Assembly (NCBI GenBank): GCA_018238625.1
Contig: JABCSY010000014.1
Span: 1-53,812, forward strand
DNA: 53,812 bases
DNA from: Promethearchaeota archaeon
Lineage (GTDB): Archaea > Asgardarchaeota > Lokiarchaeia > Sigyniarchaeales > SOKP01
Direction: 5' to 3'
The translations under genes and the position numbers were made by a program. How positions within the stretch are numbered: the stretch's first letter is position 1; every line of letters begins with the position of its first letter. The notes beneath the pieces were generated by a model. The model was not told the origin of the DNA. It saw only the letters and a program-made list of their open reading frames with translations, and did no database searches. Positions 30,323-39,225 of the stretch are shown here, piece by piece.

Positions 30323-30916
30323 TCATATTAATAAGCTCAAGTTCAATTTGATTAATCGAATCGTGCTACTTGCTAAGTAAGATCGATTTCCAAGGCTCAA
30401 ATTTGTAAGATTTAACTCCTTTAATTCTTTTGAGTTTATTAATTCACCGCTTTGGTCTCCAACTATAAATAACAAATTCTTTTTCGGACTCATGTCCATA
30501 AATATTCTGCTAAAAACTATTCCACTCTCATTTAACACAAATATTTGAAATTTTTTCTTAACAAAATTTTTAATTACTTCAAAAATATCTAAATTTGAAC
30601 TCTTTATTGAATCTAATGGATTTACGGTATATTTCTTATTTCCTTTCTTAATGAAATCTACAAAATAATCAGTCAACAGTATTTCGTTTTTAGGGAAAGT
30701 ATCGTTATTAAACCTATTGGAATCAAAAACAAACGTTCCGTAGTTATCTAGAAAAGCCCAAATTTGAATGTTTTTTTCGAGTTTATTATCGTTAATAAGT
30801 GCTGATAAAACACACCGCGAAATTACATCTAATCTTCCAGAAGTACCTTGAATATCTTTTATATTATAATTTTCAAGATTTACAGTACTGGATTTTATAC
30901 AAAATATTGTTTTCAT
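30323..30916 (-). CDS. trmY: tRNA (pseudouridine-54-N1)-methyltransferase TrmY-like SPOUT
   Basis: GTSGRLDVISRC, FIVGDQSG, LSLG..SYLAS. Confidence 0.8.
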   Translation of the reverse strand: MKTIFCIKSSTVNLENYNIKDIQGTSGRLDVISRCVLSALINDNKLEKNIQIWAFLDNYGTFVFDSNRFNNDTFPKNEILLTDYFVDFIKKGNKKYTVNPLDSIKSSNLDIFEVIKNFVKKKFQIFVLNESGIVFSRIFMDMSPKKNLLFIVGDQSGELINSKELKELNLTNLSLGNRSYLASSTIRLIKLNLSLLI

Positions 30917-31011
30917 AGGGTTTTCGAGAGAGATTATAATTGATCAGTTATAGTATATATTGTATAGTATAATAATAAAATAGATATTCTACATTATAGA
31001 GATTTTCGGTT

Positions 31012-31944
31012 ATGGATGAAATTGATTTTACAATTTGTAAACTATTAGTGGCCAATTCAAGGACGCCTTACAAAGAGTTCGCTGAATTATTCCATATAAG
31101 TGTCAATTCCATTCATAAGAGAATAAGATCATTAGTTGATAACAAAATAATTCAAAGTTTTAACGCTCGACTTGGCTTCGCGAATTTTCCTAATGTTTCA
31201 AATATTATTATGTTTGGAATACCGAATGTGAAGGATAGAAAAGATTTAATGGATAATTTAGGTCGTAATGAGAATATTTACAATGTAAAGAGGGCAAGTG
31301 GCAATTTATTCTATATTTATGCATATATACGGAACACAAGTGAGCTGGATTATTTAATTTCATTTATTCGCAAAGCAGGAGATGTTAGAGAATTAACTGT
31401 AGGTATTGATAGGAATATGCCATTTTTTTCTTTAGGAGAAAAGAAAAAGCTTTCAGATATGGATTACCTAATTATAGATTCTCTGAAAGATAATTCAAGA
31501 AAAAAAAGATCAGACATCTCTAATGAACTTAATATATCAACTAAAACTGTAAGTAGGCGGTTAGATAATCTAATCAATAATTTTTCAGTCCAATTTCAAA
31601 TTGATTGGTATCCTGATAATTCTGGTCAAGTTACTTCAATTATTATCTTAAAATTAAAGTCTGATTTGATTGTGGATGATAATGAATTTATCAAGGATCT
31701 TAGGAACCAATATGGTTCAAAAATCCTATTTACATGGTCTTTCAGTAATCTACCTAATATTAAACTTGTTAGCGTTTGGACAAAAACGATGAAAGAATTA
31801 CAAAACATTGAAACTTCATTTTTATCCGAAATAAGATACGAATCGGTAGAAGTTACTGTACTTATAGAAGGGAAAGTGTACCCTACATGGATTGACAAAC
31901 AATTAGAAGATAAAATTGGTAATATTAAACAAAATTTAAGATGA
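31012..31944 (+). CDS. Tandem-duplicated Lrp/AsnC-family transcription regulator
   Basis: Two HTH units: DEIDFTICKLLVANSR and SDMDYLIIDSLKDNSR. Confidence 0.88.
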   Translation: MDEIDFTICKLLVANSRTPYKEFAELFHISVNSIHKRIRSLVDNKIIQSFNARLGFANFPNVSNIIMFGIPNVKDRKDLMDNLGRNENIYNVKRASGNLFYIYAYIRNTSELDYLISFIRKAGDVRELTVGIDRNMPFFSLGEKKKLSDMDYLIIDSLKDNSRKKRSDISNELNISTKTVSRRLDNLINNFSVQFQIDWYPDNSGQVTSIIILKLKSDLIVDDNEFIKDLRNQYGSKILFTWSFSNLPNIKLVSVWTKTMKELQNIETSFLSEIRYESVEVTVLIEGKVYPTWIDKQLEDKIGNIKQNLR

Positions 31945-32084
31945 AACCTTTTTGATCCAAATTTCACTGTTTTCTAACCCGATTAAGTCATAGGTAGGAA
32001 TTAATATTTTTCAACTTAATTTTCCTTAAGAATTGAAGGATGGGAGGGCTATAATAAATACTAACTCTAGTGATGTTATCATTC

Positions 32085-32102
32085 TTAACCCAATTGGGTT
32101 AA
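32085..32102. promoter_or_regulatory. Perfect 18-bp palindrome, candidate operator
   Basis: TTAACCCAATTGGGTTAA between the regulator and the ABC exporter genes. Confidence 0.45.
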
Positions 32103-32252
32103 AAAACTCCCATTTTTCCATTACTTTTTACCTGTTTATTATGTAATAGGTTACCATCGAATTTAAAAGCGAGTTTTAATATTTCAATATCAAATAATGG
32201 ACTAAAAATGTTTTATATTGATTTAGTTGTATTATTAAGTAAAACAATATAA

Positions 32253-33080
32253 GTGAATAAAATGTCAGAATCTAAAACGAAAGAATATGAAAAACCTGAG
32301 AATATTATAAATCCTAATGGTAAATTCTCTATTGAGGTAAATAACCTTAGAAAGGTTTTTAGAGCTAAAAAAGGGTTTGACGATGTAGTCGCTGTTGATG
32401 ATATTTCCTTTAAAGTAAAATCTGGAGAATTATTTGGATTTTTAGGTCCAAATGGAGCAGGAAAAACAACCACAATAAACATTCTGATTGGTTTATTAAA
32501 ATCAACAAGTGGTACTGCAATTATTAATGGTTACGATGTAAAAGATGGGCTCTATCATATTAAACAATTGATTGGAGTCTGTCCGCAAGAACCTTCGATT
32601 TTTAAACTTCTAACAGGGAAAGAAAACATCAAACTTTTTGGTGCACTTCACTCCATGAAAAAAGTTGAAATAGAGGAGAATGCGGATAAACTTTTGAAAA
32701 TTCTAAATTTATCCAATGCGATTAAACGAAAAACCAAAGGATATAGTGGTGGAATGTTAAGGCAGTTAAATATGATAATTTCTTTAATACATGACCCCAA
32801 AATAGCATTTTTAGATGAACCCACTGTAGGCATGGATCCTAGAATACGTAGAGCAACTTGGGAATTCATACGCTCACTTAAAAAAAAAAATAAAACGATA
32901 TTCTTAACTACGCATTACATTGAAGAAGCTGAAAAACTTTGCGACAGAGTAGCTATTATAGATTATGGAAGAATTATCGAAATTGGAAACCCGAATGAAT
33001 TGATCCAAAAATATATGGTTAATAACTTAGAGGATGTTTTTATGAAAATTACAGGAAGAAGAATAATGGAGGGAATGTAA
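32253..33080 (+). CDS. ABC-2 exporter ATP-binding protein (DrrA-like)
   Basis: GPNGAGKTT, YSGGM, FLDEPTVGMD, TTHYIEEAE. Confidence 0.93.
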   Translation: MNKMSESKTKEYEKPENIINPNGKFSIEVNNLRKVFRAKKGFDDVVAVDDISFKVKSGELFGFLGPNGAGKTTTINILIGLLKSTSGTAIINGYDVKDGLYHIKQLIGVCPQEPSIFKLLTGKENIKLFGALHSMKKVEIEENADKLLKILNLSNAIKRKTKGYSGGMLRQLNMIISLIHDPKIAFLDEPTVGMDPRIRRATWEFIRSLKKKNKTIFLTTHYIEEAEKLCDRVAIIDYGRIIEIGNPNELIQKYMVNNLEDVFMKITGRRIMEGM

Positions 33081-33818
33081 ATGAAATTTAAAAGAATTTT
33101 AGCCTTGTTAAAGATGGAACTGCTAAAGGCAATTCGAGAACCAGCTTTCTTTTTCTTGATGCTATTATTTCCCGCACTTCTTACAATAATGTTTGGATTA
33201 GTTTTTGGAGATCCTGAATTTGGAATGACGATGAACACAACAGCTCCAGGATTATTTGCGTATGCCTGTATATTCATAATAATGACAGTAGCTCAATCCT
33301 TTAGTGAAATGCGTGATCAAGGGCTTCTTAGAAGATTAAACACAACTCCAATGACATCAGCAGATTTTATTGCCAGCGAAATATTATCAAATATGATTAT
33401 TGTTGTTCTGCAAGTAATAATCATATATATTTTGGCTATTCCATTTGGGTTTACTCCAAATACTAACGCTATTGGAATGGTTTTAGCTTTCCTTTTAATG
33501 ATAGTATTTTCGCTAAGTTCAGTTGGGTTAGGACTTATAACAGCTACGATATCTAAATCTTCTGGAACCGCCACGGGACTTTCATTTATCTTTATATTAC
33601 CCCAAATGTTTCTAGGAACTTTTATACCGGTCACCGCAACAACTAAACCTATAGCAATGTTCCTGCCAAGTTATCATGCAACCCAGGCTATATCTGCGAT
33701 TTTCAGTGGAGATTTAACTAATCCTTTGGTACTGACTGGTTTTACCTTTATCTCAATAGTAAGCATAGCAATTATAATTATTGGCATTCTGCTATTTAAG
33801 AAATCAGGGAATAAATAA
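33081..33818 (+). CDS. ABC-2 exporter permease
   Basis: Six TM helices, RDQGLLRRLNTTP, abuts the ATPase gene. Confidence 0.9.
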   Translation: MKFKRILALLKMELLKAIREPAFFFLMLLFPALLTIMFGLVFGDPEFGMTMNTTAPGLFAYACIFIIMTVAQSFSEMRDQGLLRRLNTTPMTSADFIASEILSNMIIVVLQVIIIYILAIPFGFTPNTNAIGMVLAFLLMIVFSLSSVGLGLITATISKSSGTATGLSFIFILPQMFLGTFIPVTATTKPIAMFLPSYHATQAISAIFSGDLTNPLVLTGFTFISIVSIAIIIIGILLFKKSGNK

Positions 33819-33953
33819 TCTAGAAATAATTAAACCATTTTTTTTTAATTTTCCTTTCTTAAGAAAATCTCAACAAGGAGCTATTACTACTGTTTGGAAG
33901 TGGAAAAAAAGAATTAAATAAAAGTTAAAAGAAAAAAAAATTTACATCAAATC

Positions 33954-33990
33954 AAAAAGGAAGGGAAAATGTTTTCCTTTCCTCTTTTTT
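33954..33990. terminator. Hairpin between convergent genes, likely bidirectional terminator
   Basis: AAAAAGGAAGGGAAAA-TG-TTTTCCTTTCCTCTTTTTT with A and T tails. Confidence 0.55.
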
Positions 33991-34007
33991 ATTATTAGAA
34001 ATTTCTA

Positions 34008-34316
34008 TTATTTCGTGTCTCTTTTCTTCAAATATGTTATCAAGTAAAAAACACCAGTCATGATAGCTATAGAAAGAACGATACCGATAATCCCTGCAAC
34101 ATAATCGTTAGTAACCCAACTTAGGATAGGGGTCCAAGGAGAAAACAAATTTTCGAGCCACTCTTCGCCATTAATATCGATTAAAACCCTTTCTAAACCA
34201 TCTGGGTTTTCTGAGAGAAATCCAAGTGTAAAACCTACTGCTATCACAAACATTAGTGCCGCAACTATGACTACTACCGTGATTAAAGGCCATTTATATC
34301 TACTAAATCCAACCAT
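34008..34316 (-). CDS. PDGLE-domain ECF accessory protein (NikN/CbiN-like)
   Basis: SENPDGLERV between two TM helices; directly downstream of cbiM. Confidence 0.88.
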   Translation of the reverse strand: MVGFSRYKWPLITVVVIVAALMFVIAVGFTLGFLSENPDGLERVLIDINGEEWLENLFSPWTPILSWVTNDYVAGIIGIVLSIAIMTGVFYLITYLKKRDTK

Positions 34317-34319
34317 CCT

Positions 34320-34991
34320 TTATTCTACCCCCAAAATTGATTCAGTTAAAATAAAATCTGGTTTTGTTTTATAGATATAAAAAACAATTAAAGCAGAAAT
34401 TATTGCTTCGCCAATACCTATTATAAGATGCCAGAAAACCATAGCGGGAATGGCAATTTCAATTGGAATCGCGCCACCAATACCAATCTCGATGCCACAA
34501 ATGAAAGAGGCCAAGACAATTGCGATGTAAGACCCAATAGCAGTTGCGATTGTTACTTTTAATTCTTTTTTTAGCGACGTTTTATTAAAAAGCCCTACAA
34601 GCAACACCACTATATAAAATCCTACAATACCACCAATTATCCCCATATTAAAGGCATTAGGTCCTAACGCGGTAATCCCCCCATCCCCAAAAAGGCTTTG
34701 AATAACTAAAATTAAAAATAATACTATAACGGACGCCCAAGGACCAAGTATAATAGCTACTAAAGTTCCTCCAACCAAATGACCGGAAGTTCCTCCTGGA
34801 ACTGGATAGTTAACGAATTGAAACGCAAAAATAACTGCTGCTAAAACTCCAATGTAGGGGATCATCTTTTCAGAATCTTCTTTTTCAAACATTTTGCCCA
34901 TTCTAAAATATCCTAGAATCATAATAGCAATTGTAACAATCCAGAGCACTATAGTTGTGATTGGATCTAATAATCCATCTGGTATATGCAT
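34320..34991 (-). CDS. cbiM: Co/Ni ECF transporter substrate component CbiM/NikM
   Basis: MHIPDG metal-binding N-terminus, GTSGHLVG, GDGGITALG.N. Confidence 0.95.
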   Translation of the reverse strand: MHIPDGLLDPITTIVLWIVTIAIMILGYFRMGKMFEKEDSEKMIPYIGVLAAVIFAFQFVNYPVPGGTSGHLVGGTLVAIILGPWASVIVLFLILVIQSLFGDGGITALGPNAFNMGIIGGIVGFYIVVLLVGLFNKTSLKKELKVTIATAIGSYIAIVLASFICGIEIGIGGAIPIEIAIPAMVFWHLIIGIGEAIISALIVFYIYKTKPDFILTESILGVE

Positions 34992-35051
34992 TTTTTATTT
35001 ACCTATATTTTATTATCGATTAATTTTTTTGTTATGGAATAATATTTTATC

Positions 35052-35170
35052 ATAATTTAGTATTATTTATAAACGGTATGATTAATTTATAAAATAATAT
35101 GAAGTCGCAAAATATAGCTTTCAGCGATTTATATATAACGAATAATGCTACAAATTGCGCTAAATAGTAG
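35052..35170. repeat. Copy 1 of a ~120-bp direct repeat (divergent cbiM/cbiQ promoter)
   Basis: 35052-35106 matches 36891-36945 at 50/55 positions; weaker similarity continues to the TAGTAG at 35170. Confidence 0.85.
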
Positions 35171-35192
35171 GGATTAAGGGAGACTAAAAAAA

Positions 35193-35999
35193 TTGGATGT
35201 AGAATTGCCTTTTAAACACGAAGATGAGAAAAACTTTTTGAATAAGATTCATCCCCTAGTTCGTTTTATCCTCCCGTTCATTTTTGTCCTCCCATTCCTA
35301 ATTATAAACGATGTTTACTTAGTCGTAACAATAATATTGGTCGTTTTAATTTTTAATTTAGTGTTTCGCTTACATCTTACAAAAACTCTTTCAAAACTTA
35401 AAGCGTTACTTCCTTTTATCCTACTTATTACGATTTTTGTACCTTTATACGTTGGAAACACCGTAATTTATCAATTAAATATTGGAATTTCGCTTAATAT
35501 TTATAAAGAAGGTTTAATTTTTGCTACAACTTTATTTTTTCGAATTATTGGGGCTATGTTTGTATTTCTAACGTTCTTCATGTCTTTAACCTATTCAGAA
35601 TTTATTGAAGCTTTAACTAAACTCAGAGCAATTCCCTCATTTTTCATTGGAAGCATTGTTATTATGCTTCATTACATACCAATTCTCGCAAAATCTAATA
35701 GAAAGGTATTGGACGCACAAGATTTAAGGGGAAAAAACGTCACATCGTATTGGCGAAGGCTTAAAACTCATGGATTTATAATGGGAAAGAATGTAGTAAA
35801 CAACATGGAGAGAAGCGAAAAATTGTACGAGAGTTTAAAAATGAGGGGTTTTTCTGGTAAAATCACTTTTGCTTCAAGAAAAATAAAGTTTGTAGATGTA
35901 TCAATCGTGGTTATATTTTTAAGCATCGTAATTTATGTCATCTATTTTATTAATTTAGAACAAATATATATGGAGGTTTTCAAATTATTCCTCTCGTAG
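35193..35999 (+). CDS. cbiQ: ECF transmembrane T component CbiQ/NikQ
   Basis: LNKIHP, AQDLRG and SLKMRGF coupling motifs. Confidence 0.9.
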   Translation: MDVELPFKHEDEKNFLNKIHPLVRFILPFIFVLPFLIINDVYLVVTIILVVLIFNLVFRLHLTKTLSKLKALLPFILLITIFVPLYVGNTVIYQLNIGISLNIYKEGLIFATTLFFRIIGAMFVFLTFFMSLTYSEFIEALTKLRAIPSFFIGSIVIMLHYIPILAKSNRKVLDAQDLRGKNVTSYWRRLKTHGFIMGKNVVNNMERSEKLYESLKMRGFSGKITFASRKIKFVDVSIVVIFLSIVIYVIYFINLEQIYMEVFKLFLS

Positions 36000-36736
36000 A
36001 AGTTAAAAATGTGAGCTTTGAGTATAATTCAAATTTTTCCATGAACGATTTATCCTTAAACATAGAAGAAAACTCAATCTATGCTTTAACAGGGAACAAT
36101 GGGTCTGGTAAAACTACGTTACTAAGATTAATGGTTGGTTTACTGAAACCTAAATCTGGAACCATTAAAATATTTAACGAAATTTTAACCAGAGATAAAA
36201 ATCAATTGTGGAAGCTTAGACAAAGAATTGGTTTTTTATTTCAGAACCCTGACGACCAATTATTTGCGCCAACAATTGAAGAAGATGTAGGTTTTGGAGC
36301 GAGAAATCTTGGTCTTGAAGAAGAAGAAGTGAAAGAGAGAGTTAAATGGGCGCTCGAAGCAGTTAACTTAACAGAATATAGAAAATTTTCTCCGTATGAT
36401 TTATCTTGGGGTCAAAAAAAACGAGCTGCTTTGGCCGGATTGCTAGTTATGAAGCCTAAATTGTTAATTTTAGATGAGCCATTCGCAAATCTCGATTTTA
36501 GATCGATTTATAACCATTTAAAAATATTAGAAACCCTTAGGAAAGAAGAAAAGATGACTATTTTGTTCACTACTCATAATCTTTTTTTTATAGAACATTG
36601 GGCGGATAAAGTGCTTGTTTTAAACGATGGAAAGGCTGTATTCGAAGGAAACATAGAAGAAGGATTAAACAGCCCCAAAATTAAAAAGCTCTTAGGATCT
36701 TACGAAGATATTTTAAAACTTCTTAGCCAAAAATAA
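35984..36736 (+). CDS. cbiO: ECF ATPase CbiO/NikO
   Basis: GNNGSGKTT, FQNPDDQLFAPT, LSWGQKKR, LDEP. Start moved from 36011 to ATT 35984 (IIPLVEVKNVSFEY) behind GGAGG at 35972-35976. Confidence 0.92.
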   Translation: MIPLVEVKNVSFEYNSNFSMNDLSLNIEENSIYALTGNNGSGKTTLLRLMVGLLKPKSGTIKIFNEILTRDKNQLWKLRQRIGFLFQNPDDQLFAPTIEEDVGFGARNLGLEEEEVKERVKWALEAVNLTEYRKFSPYDLSWGQKKRAALAGLLVMKPKLLILDEPFANLDFRSIYNHLKILETLRKEEKMTILFTTHNLFFIEHWADKVLVLNDGKAVFEGNIEEGLNSPKIKKLLGSYEDILKLLSQK

Positions 36737-36767
36737 AGTAAATAGAGTATTATTTGTGTTAATTTGG

Positions 36768-36880
36768 AAAAAAAGAAAAAGTGAGAGGAGTAAAAAAGAG
36801 TAAAAATAATGTGAAATGGCAGTTTTTTAAGTAATTATTTTATTTTTTTACTTTTTTTTGACTCCTCGTTTATATGAGTA
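36768..36880 (-). ncRNA. Candidate hairpin sRNA transcribed from the duplicated promoter
   Basis: Imperfect inverted repeat GAGGAGTAAAAAAGAGTAAAAA (from 36785) / TTTTTACTTTTTTTTGACTCCTC (to 36867); U-tract after it on the minus strand; TTTATAAA at 36905-36912 upstream. Confidence 0.35.
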
Positions 36881-36890
36881 GTATTTTTTT

Positions 36891-37007
36891 ATAATTTAGT
36901 ATTATTTATAAATAATATGAAAAATTTATAAAATAATATGAAGTCAGAAAATAAACCCTCCAAAATTTATATGGTGAAAAAGAACTACGAATAGCGTTAT
37001 TTAGTAG
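36891..37007. repeat. Copy 2 of the cbiM/cbiQ promoter repeat
   Basis: ATAATTTAGTATTATTTATAAA...TTTATAAAATAATATGAAGTC, 50/55 identical to copy 1 core. Confidence 0.85.
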
Positions 37008-37144
37008 AAAATATCAGATTGTATAAAGAAATCTTAATCATATTTAAAACAATTTGAATTATTTCCCTTCTTTATTCATATAAAAATTTGCGTTTTAATT
37101 AAATAAATAAATTTTTTAGCTCGGCTTTTATATTATTACATGGG

Positions 37145-37450
37145 AAAATGATGATGGAACATTGGCATATTCGAGGACACGTATGATAACCCGTGATTAC
37201 GTGTGCAAACTTATGCGTACATCCTGAGTTTATTAATCAACAATTTACTGCATCAAAAATGGGCTCTTAATCAAGCTAAGGTAATGTCCGTGCGATGAGA
37301 TTCGAGTCAGCACCCAGCGTGCAGATATGATTATGCCCCAAAAAGGCATAGAAATTAACGCCTAGCACGAGAGAACTTATTTGATTTTATGGGATAACCA
37401 TTAGATGATAAATTTGTGTTAGTGTCTTAGGCTACAATATATGCTGATTT
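37145..37450 (+). ncRNA. Candidate long structured ncRNA or box C/D sRNA cluster
   Basis: Hand-counted GC 116/300 versus 21/120 in the upstream flank; no long ORF; box C ATGATGA 37148-37154, CTGA at 37224 and 37444; several nested helices. Confidence 0.6.
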
Positions 37451-37484
37451 TATAACAACATAATTTTTTTTTAAGTGATAAGAA

Positions 37485-37976
37485 ATGGTTAATTTAAATA
37501 AATTTTGGATTTTAATATCAATTGGAACCTTAATCATAATGATTTCTTTGGTCTTTTTACCCATTATGGTACCTAAAAACCCAGATTTTCCCACAGGGAT
37601 TAATGGTTATATTTGGATGTGGGGATTTTGGATAGATGTAAGAGGAGAATACATGGGTATGCTATTAAATGTCTCGATATATGGGATAATATTTTCCATT
37701 ATAATTATTGTATTCGCAGTTAAAAATGCAAAATTATTATTGGAATTTAGAAAAACCCAAAATTTCACAAAGAAGATGAATAAAAACTTTTTATTATTAG
37801 CAATTTTAACTCTTGTTTTAACAGTTCTATGGTTGATATTTTTTATGATCATCCCGCTTGGTAGTACCTCTCTTTATGATTATCATGTTATTGGGTATGG
37901 ATTTGTTATTAATCTTATCGGAGGGGGATTAGTTCTTATAAACGCTATTATGATGAACAAGATAGTGAGAGAGTAA
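37485..37976 (+). CDS. 4-TM membrane protein, unknown function
   Basis: 163 aa with four hydrophobic helices, YIWMWG loop. Confidence 0.8.
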   Translation: MVNLNKFWILISIGTLIIMISLVFLPIMVPKNPDFPTGINGYIWMWGFWIDVRGEYMGMLLNVSIYGIIFSIIIIVFAVKNAKLLLEFRKTQNFTKKMNKNFLLLAILTLVLTVLWLIFFMIIPLGSTSLYDYHVIGYGFVINLIGGGLVLINAIMMNKIVRE

Positions 37977-38102
37977 GTCATGAATGATCTGATAATGGAA
38001 GGAATCTTTTCTAAAATTTGTGGAATTAGAGGCGGATTATGATGAACCACGCTGATTTTAAAAACAGTATATTCTTACTTCAAAAAGAGAAAAGAATATT
38101 CA

Positions 38103-38576
38103 TCATAAAAGGCTAATCGTGTCTGAATTAAAGAGTTCCTTCAACTCTTTATTTATTTCTCCTTCTTCTGCTTGAATGTATTGGTTTAAAATCACCGCAA
38201 TCTTTGGCGAGTACTTGTTCATTATCGCTCTTACAAGCCCTATTTGAATATTTTTATCTGAAGCAATGCATAACACTCCTTTACCTGCTTTTATAGAAAA
38301 AATCATCCCTTTAAAATATTCAGTGATTTGTAGGTGAATGTTTCCATAACCGAGGATGTATCCTTGTTCTTCGCCAGCGGTGAACACAGCACCTCCAATT
38401 GCTCCAATCTTTTCAACGGAGATGTCGTCTTTGGAAGACTTTAAAATGAATTTAGACTCGCTCACAATAGTTATTCCAGTATCGTCAATAATTATAGCGT
38501 ATTTTAACCCTGGCGTACTATTAATAATTTCGTTTAATATTTTTTTTAAAGTATGTTCGTCCTGAGAATAACTCAA
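38103..38576 (-). CDS. Roadblock/LC7 (MglB-like) domain protein
   Basis: PGLKYAIIIDDTGITI, IGAIGGAVF, EYFKG...KAGKGVL, NIQIGLV. Confidence 0.85.
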   Translation of the reverse strand: MSYSQDEHTLKKILNEIINSTPGLKYAIIIDDTGITIVSESKFILKSSKDDISVEKIGAIGGAVFTAGEEQGYILGYGNIHLQITEYFKGMIFSIKAGKGVLCIASDKNIQIGLVRAIMNKYSPKIAVILNQYIQAEEGEINKELKELFNSDTISLL

Positions 38577-38753
38577 TTGGACCTACCATTTATTTTTTTA
38601 AGCGATTTAGATATTATCCAATGTGCTTTTTTATTAAAAAGAATTTATTTAAAGTAAACTCTAATTATCCTTTTTAAGTATATATAGTATAAAAATAAAA
38701 TTCTATCTATAAAAATTTAATTCACTCTAAATAGTTTTATGTTGCGCAACGGA

Positions 38754-39110
38754 TTAAAATAACTCTTGGGATCTAATCATAGTTTTTAAGGGTTTTACTC
38801 TGTTTTTATTATTTTTCGATTTTTCTAACAAAATAAATAGTTTAAACTGCTTCCCTTTATCAATATCAAACTTGAGTTGAACTAAATTAGGATCGTTTAA
38901 GATATCTTTATTCTCCTTATTTTTGGAAATTGCCCATAAAGCTAGTTTATTCTCGTGAATCCAAAGTCTTTTTGAGATATCCGAGCCTATTGCAAATCCG
39001 TTTTTATCGGTTATTACGCCTGCTACAAAATTAGGGAAATTTTTCTTAATTCTGTGTAAGAAATAATTTACCTCAACTTGATTTATTAATCTATTATTCA
39101 CCTGTTTCAT
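38754..39110 (-). CDS. Divergent roadblock/profilin-like small protein
   Basis: PNFVAGVITDKNGFAIGS resembles the roadblock beta1-beta2 hairpin; the remainder is divergent. Confidence 0.55.
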   Translation of the reverse strand: MKQVNNRLINQVEVNYFLHRIKKNFPNFVAGVITDKNGFAIGSDISKRLWIHENKLALWAISKNKENKDILNDPNLVQLKFDIDKGKQFKLFILLEKSKNNKNRVKPLKTMIRSQELF

Positions 39111-39225
39111 TTATACCTGACCTATCAATATCAAATAATCGATAGAATAAAATTAGAAAAAAAAAGTCTTAAATCAGTATATTATGAAGGTATTACAAAA
39201 AAGAGAGTTTGTACAAAATGATTTT

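Noticed and set aside
35052-37007. Transposon carrying cbiQO between direct repeats
   Set aside because: No transposase, integrase or terminal inverted repeats; the repeat corresponds to promoter sequence
37148-37186. His-rich micro-ORF MMMEHWHIRGHV next to the Co/Ni transporter
   Set aside because: No clear SD, and the ATG run is explained by the box C motif; kept only as a weak alternative
37260-37316. tRNA-like segment (AGCTAAGGTAA D-loop-like, TTCGAGTC T-loop-like)
   Set aside because: Too short, no anticodon arm, and no proper 7-bp acceptor or 5-bp T stem
37145-37450. RNase P RNA, SRP RNA, cobalamin or NiCo riboswitch, or SECIS as the identity of the GC-rich segment
   Set aside because: No GAGGAAAGUCC, no SRP helix 8 motif, no B12 box; the AUGA/GA hairpin at 37327-37352 has too short a stem and there is no upstream in-frame UGA gene
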